Shown: in pieces, positions 57,817 through 64,000 of the stretch | How positions within the stretch are numbered: the first letter of the stretch is position 1 | How the letters are laid out: every line of letters begins with the position of its first letter | Source: Flaccisagitta enflata | Taxonomy: Eukaryota | Direction of reading: 5' to 3' | NCBI GenBank assembly: GCA_965153355.1 | Contig: OZ231126.1 | Coordinates: 19,344,001 to 19,408,000 of the forward strand | Length of the DNA: 64,000 bases | Notes under the pieces: generated by a model | What the model was told of the DNA's origin: nothing | Database searches by the model: none | Seen by the model: the letters and a program-made list of their open reading frames with translations, nothing else | Made by a program: the position numbers and the translations under genes

Positions 57817-58168
57817 GGTCAAGGAGGTCGCCAGGTGAGCCTTAAGAAACGAGTGTTACTGACTTGACGAAGAATTGACCAACCATCAGACACACTCTGT
57901 TATTGAGGTGTTTTGGCTCACCTTAAAGGGGAGTACAAAGAGAGCAAGCAGTTTTCAACAAAGCCTGCAATTTCGTTATCTGGAAAGGTAATGAGATTGT
58001 GTTGATGTGAGAGAGGAAAGTAGTTGTTGACATAGATGGGTTGTTTGTTGTTACAACGGATCCAAGAGTGACGGAAATCAGCATAACGCATATACGCATA
58101 TGTACGCATAACGCATATAACGCATAAAGTCATTTTCAATTGGATCATGGATCATTGTTTCGGCGCGT

Positions 58169-59461
<1,293 letters not shown>

Positions 59462-60692
59462 TAAGTCCATAAATGACTCTCGCAGTCTCGCACTCCAACG
59501 AGTGAGAGTATGGTAACGGTTTTTTCTCGTTTTCGCCGACGTTTTGAGTGAACGTGAAAGTTTTTTTGCGTGTTCATCCAAGTGGAAGATTCAATTGCGT
59601 TTCACGACAGGAGTGGTTTGTGGGTAAACACCAACGGAGGCCTCTTCATTCTTACACAGGGGTGCGACCGTGCGAGGGGGGGGGCAGGGGGGTGGACGAA
59701 AGAAAGGATGAAAAGTAAGAAAGAAATTTGAGAGACCCGACCTCTGTAGGCAAATCATCCCGTTTTAGTTCATCGGGAACATCAAAGGGCACCCATGCCG
59801 ACGTCTAATGATTCTATCTGCAGCAACATTTTCGTATGGTTGTCTACGATACCTGGCTTAACGATCACATTGGGTTGGTAACCTTCATCTTGACCTCAGG
59901 TCAGCGGATGGAGTGAACTAGTAGGTTAATGAAATGTAAGCTTGCCGCTTTGTAAAATGACCGATGTCACAGTGTAAAATGGTGAGAATGCTTGACTTAG
60001 TTGTTTTCAGGCCTTGAGAGAGGGTGGAAAGATGATTTTTCTGAATTCAGCAATTGCGCGCTGAGAGACGTACAGACAGGCAAACGCACGCACGGCTGAG
60101 TAGGACCCTTTGTAGCCCTGCTTTGGCACACGTGCGACAAGAATGAAGGAATCGCAGTCATTGAAGGCATTTAAGGCCATTTGTTTGGGATAATGGCAAT
60201 TTTTCCGTGTCACCATTTCAAACAGGATCAGTAGGACGGGCTAGAACAGCATTCATACGTGAGCCATTAAACAGAGGAGCCCAACCCATCAAGCACTGGA
60301 ATTTTTCCGTATTTGTTAGTCAACTTACTCGTACTCATTTATCGGATAACTATAAAACGGCTTAGGACAACGAATAATCATGAAAGCATCCAAGGAGTTT
60401 TGCTAAAATGCTCAAAACTTGGCCACGACCAGAAACAGATGCCCATTTTGTTTCATTCTGTAACTTTGAATCTTTCACCAGAAGTAGGCACATGAGAAAT
60501 TATGATGATGAGGGCAAGGTCTCAGTGCAGTAAAACAAAGGACCGAGAAGGTAGGAAAAGAAACGGTTGAGCCTAATGTGGAAACTGCGGGAAAAAATGA
60601 GGAAATCCATCCCCGGCATTAAGACACATCGGGGTCAAGTGGGGCGAAGAATGCAGGGTGGTTTATATAGACCTGAAAGAGGGTTAAGGTGA

Positions 60693-61050
<358 letters not shown>

Positions 61051-61447
61051 GAGGTGAAGTCGTGAAGACCTGGAGACCAAGATCCTACGAGCGAGGTCAG
61101 AAAGACTGAATAACTCTGAACGGACAGGCGTTAAGACATAAGATGGAGCTGATCGGCGTTGAGGAGGAGAAGGTGAAGGATGAAGAGGATGAGGTGAAGG
61201 AGAAGGAGGAGGAAGAAGAGGAGGAAGGAGAAGAAGCGGGGAGTGGGCTTGGAGATGTAGGGGGGGGGAGTTGAAAGGAAAGCCTGAAGGCAAACGCGGA
61301 AGAGCAGAAGTATATATCGTGTGAAAAGAATCGACCGAATATCGGTTATGGTTCTTCAGAAAGTGTCGAACTCGTGAAAGAGGTAAAGGAAATGTGGAAG
61401 AAGAGCAAAAGAGAAAGAGAGTGCAGTGAAAACAAGAGCGTGATGTC

Positions 61448-61924
61448 AAAAAACTAGTCATCCAAGGATCGCACATGGTCAGCGGTACCCGATGCCCTGC
61501 TTTGAATGATCAAGTGAAGTAGTGGAATGAGAGCAGGGCAGCGGCCCCAAAGGGCCAATGTCCTGTAGGACACAGGGGTGAATTTCGAGACGTCCTGAGG
61601 TGGATTCGAAGTCGGAATGGCAAAATTTAGCCCAAAAGAGCAGATTTGAGGTCTGGAGGGCTGATTTGAGGTTTTGAGGGCAGATATGAGGTCTTGTTAG
61701 CTGATTTGAGCTCTGTAGGGCTAAATTGAGGTCTGAAAGGGCTGATTTGAGAGCTCAGAGGGCCGAAAGCAGACTGCAGATTGAGGCTCCGATGGCCAAG
61801 GGGGGACAGAAGGACGGAAGGACAGACGGACGGACGGAAGGACGGATGGAAGGATAGAAGGACGTCTCAAAATTCCCCCCTGTGTCCTACAGGACATCGG
61901 CCCTTTGGGGCCGCTGCCCAAAAA
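61448..61924 (-). mobile_element. complete type B Helentron/Helitron2-like element
   Basis: ~60-bp asymmetric inverted repeat (61536-95 vs 61860-920), GCCCTGCT/AGCAGGGC hairpin, ~21-bp internal repeats, GACTAG+T-run 3' end, T-run 5' end. Confidence 0.75.
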
Positions 61925-62599
61925 GGTGAAAAATGTGAAGGATAACATATATGATGATGGAAGAGATAGTTTCAAGTGGAAAGGAAAGAAAGTGTGGAAC
62001 TGGAGCCAGAAAATGGCGAGGACTTTGAAAAGACAGGGACACGGCTTGAAAATGGTCTAGACGTTTGAGAGACAGGGACAGAGACACAGGAAGGGCTTCA
62101 AAATTGCTTATGAGACAGTTGACAGACACAAAAGCAGACACAGACACAGAGTCAGAATCAGAGACATAGATAGAGAAAGAGACAGAGAAGGAGAAAGCGA
62201 AAGAGAAAGAGAAAGAGAAAGAGAAAGAGAAAGAGAAAGACAAAAAGAAAAAGAAAAAGACAAAAAGAAAAAGAAAAAGACAGAGTCAGAGACATAGAAA
62301 GAGCAAGAGCCTCAAAACGGTTTAGACGTTTAAGAGACAATCGACAAAGACAAAGACAGAGACAGCTTGAAAAGGTTTGGACTTTGAATAGACAGAGAAT
62401 TGATTTGAAAAAAAGTCGAAGAGACGAAGTCCCTTCGGTCTTTTTGAGTCCTGCAGAGAAAGACGGATTTCCCTTTGTTTTATGAGGCGTTTGAGCAAGT
62501 TGGTGCATTTTGGGGGCAGAACGAGACTACGCATGAAATTGATAGCTAAGAAAGAGCTAATTCTCCTCTTTCAGATGAAGCAGAATTCTGTGCAATCAA

Positions 62600-63386
62600 T
62601 AGCCTAGAAAATAACCTCCTGGGCCTCAAAATAGGCCTTTCAGACCCCCAATCAGGCCTATCAGATCCAAAATCAGAGCTTCCAGACCCCAATCTAGGGT
62701 TCTCAGGACCTCAATCTGGCCTATTAGATCCCAAATCAGGCCTACCAGACCTCAATTTAGGCCTCTCAGAGCCTCAATCAGGCCTGTCAGACCCCAAGTC
62801 AGGCTTTCCAGACCTCAAATTAGGCCTCCTGAATCCTAACCAGGCCTCTAAGAACCCCAATCAGGCCTTTCAGATCTAAAATCAGGCCTTGACAGACCCC
62901 TTATCAGGCCTTTTGAGCCTCTGATCAGGCCATTCAGACCTCAAATCAGGCCTCTCAGACCCTAATTCAGGCATTTCAGTACTTAATTCAGTTCTCTCAG
63001 ATCCAAATCTGGCCTTTCAAACCCAAAATCAGATCTTTGAGACCTCAAACTAGGCCTATCAGACCCACATCAGCCCTTCCCAGCTTACAAACAGGCCTCC
63101 AACCCTGAATTAGACCCAAGATCAGGCCTCTAAGCTCCAAAACAAGCTTCTGACACCTCTCAAACCTCAAATCAGGCATCTTAGACCTTAAATCAGGCAA
63201 CTAAGACCTCAAATCAGGCTATTTAGACCCAAAATTAGGTATTAAAGACCCAGCAATTGTCCAGCATGGAATCATAGGTCATTGGCCCCCCCCGGGGCCG
63301 CTGCCCCACTCATCATCTAATAACAAAATAAACTAACATAGGGGCATCGGGTACCGCTGACCATGTTACGCTTTTGCGACTATTTT
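62600..63386 (+). mobile_element. 5'-truncated type B element with a ~650-bp array of ~21-bp units (TCAGGCCTCTCAGACCCCAAA)
   Basis: GGGGCCGCTGCCC...GGGCATCGGGTACCGCTGACCAT...GCGACTATTTT 3' block. Confidence 0.7.
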
Positions 63387-63686
63387 CTCTCTCACTCTCT
63401 TTTTCTCTCTCATTTTCTCCAGCAGCATTTACGATTTTTTTCCTACGGCGATCAGCCGCCCTTATTGGTAAGAAAGATGGAGGAGAATTACGTCACCTTA
63501 TATGCAGCTGTCTATGATCAGAATTCCGTGATCGACTTTCTGTTTCCTCCCTTGGTTGGAACTAAAGAGAGGAGCACAGGAAGGATATGTGATAAGTTTA
63601 TAGAATCGCCCATTCTTTCCCATCCCTTTTTTACCTAGTTGCTGAGAAAAGAGGAAAACAGGAAGCGATGAAACATCTCTAGGTAC

Positions 63687-64000
63687 CAGGCCTCTTGATT
63701 TTGGAGCAGCGAGCAGCGCCGCTTCTCGGCAGAGAAAGGGAGATGTCGGCAGGTCTCAAAGATGGAGAAAGAAGAAGAAGGAGAAGAAGAAGAAGAAGAA
63801 GAAGAAGAAGAAGAAGAAGAAGAAGAAGAAGAAGAAGAAGAAGAAGAAGAAGAAGAAGAAAGAAAAAGAAAAAGAAAAAGAAAGAAAAAGAAAGAAAAAG
63901 AAAAAGGAGAAGATCGAAACGGAGAGGATGGTTATTGCAGTCAGCATTGATATCATTTGCATATAGTAGTTTTATGATGACTGCCCTTTTGTAACTTAGT
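63687..64000. mobile_element. second copy of the (GAA)n-bearing hAT MITE, runs off the window
   Basis: colinear with 18720-19040 on both sides of the GAA tract. Confidence 0.85.

Overview
Repeat-dense metazoan (probably invertebrate) nuclear DNA with no prokaryotic features. Recognisable coding content: (1) a 3-exon minus-strand gene (164-3442) with an N-terminal poly-Asn tract and a C-terminal MYND zinc finger; (2) a near full-length CR1-type LINE (~22.6-26.95 kb; ORF1 PHD/coiled-coil/RRM-like, ORF2 APE+RT) whose only visible lesions are two extra A's in homopolymers; (3) a BEL/Pao LTR retrotransposon (44351-52891, minus, TSD GACAT) with a very long Gln-rich Gag, a single in-frame TGA plus hairpin between Gag and protease, and in-frame loss of RT/RNase H and the integrase core. 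The rest is about 25 non-autonomous Helentron-like (HINE/DINE-1-type) elements in two architectures, TA-flanked long-TIR MITEs, several hAT-type MITEs with clean 8-bp TSDs (including a four-level nested stack at 36.2-39.1 kb), a ~3-kb foldback built from head-to-head 20-21-bp arrays, a 127-bp satellite, a higher-order minisatellite and many microsatellites. Scattered exon-like islands may belong to further host genes but could not be identified. Most ORF-track entries are microsatellite artefacts. Single-base indels suggest sequencing/assembly error may contribute to the frameshifts.
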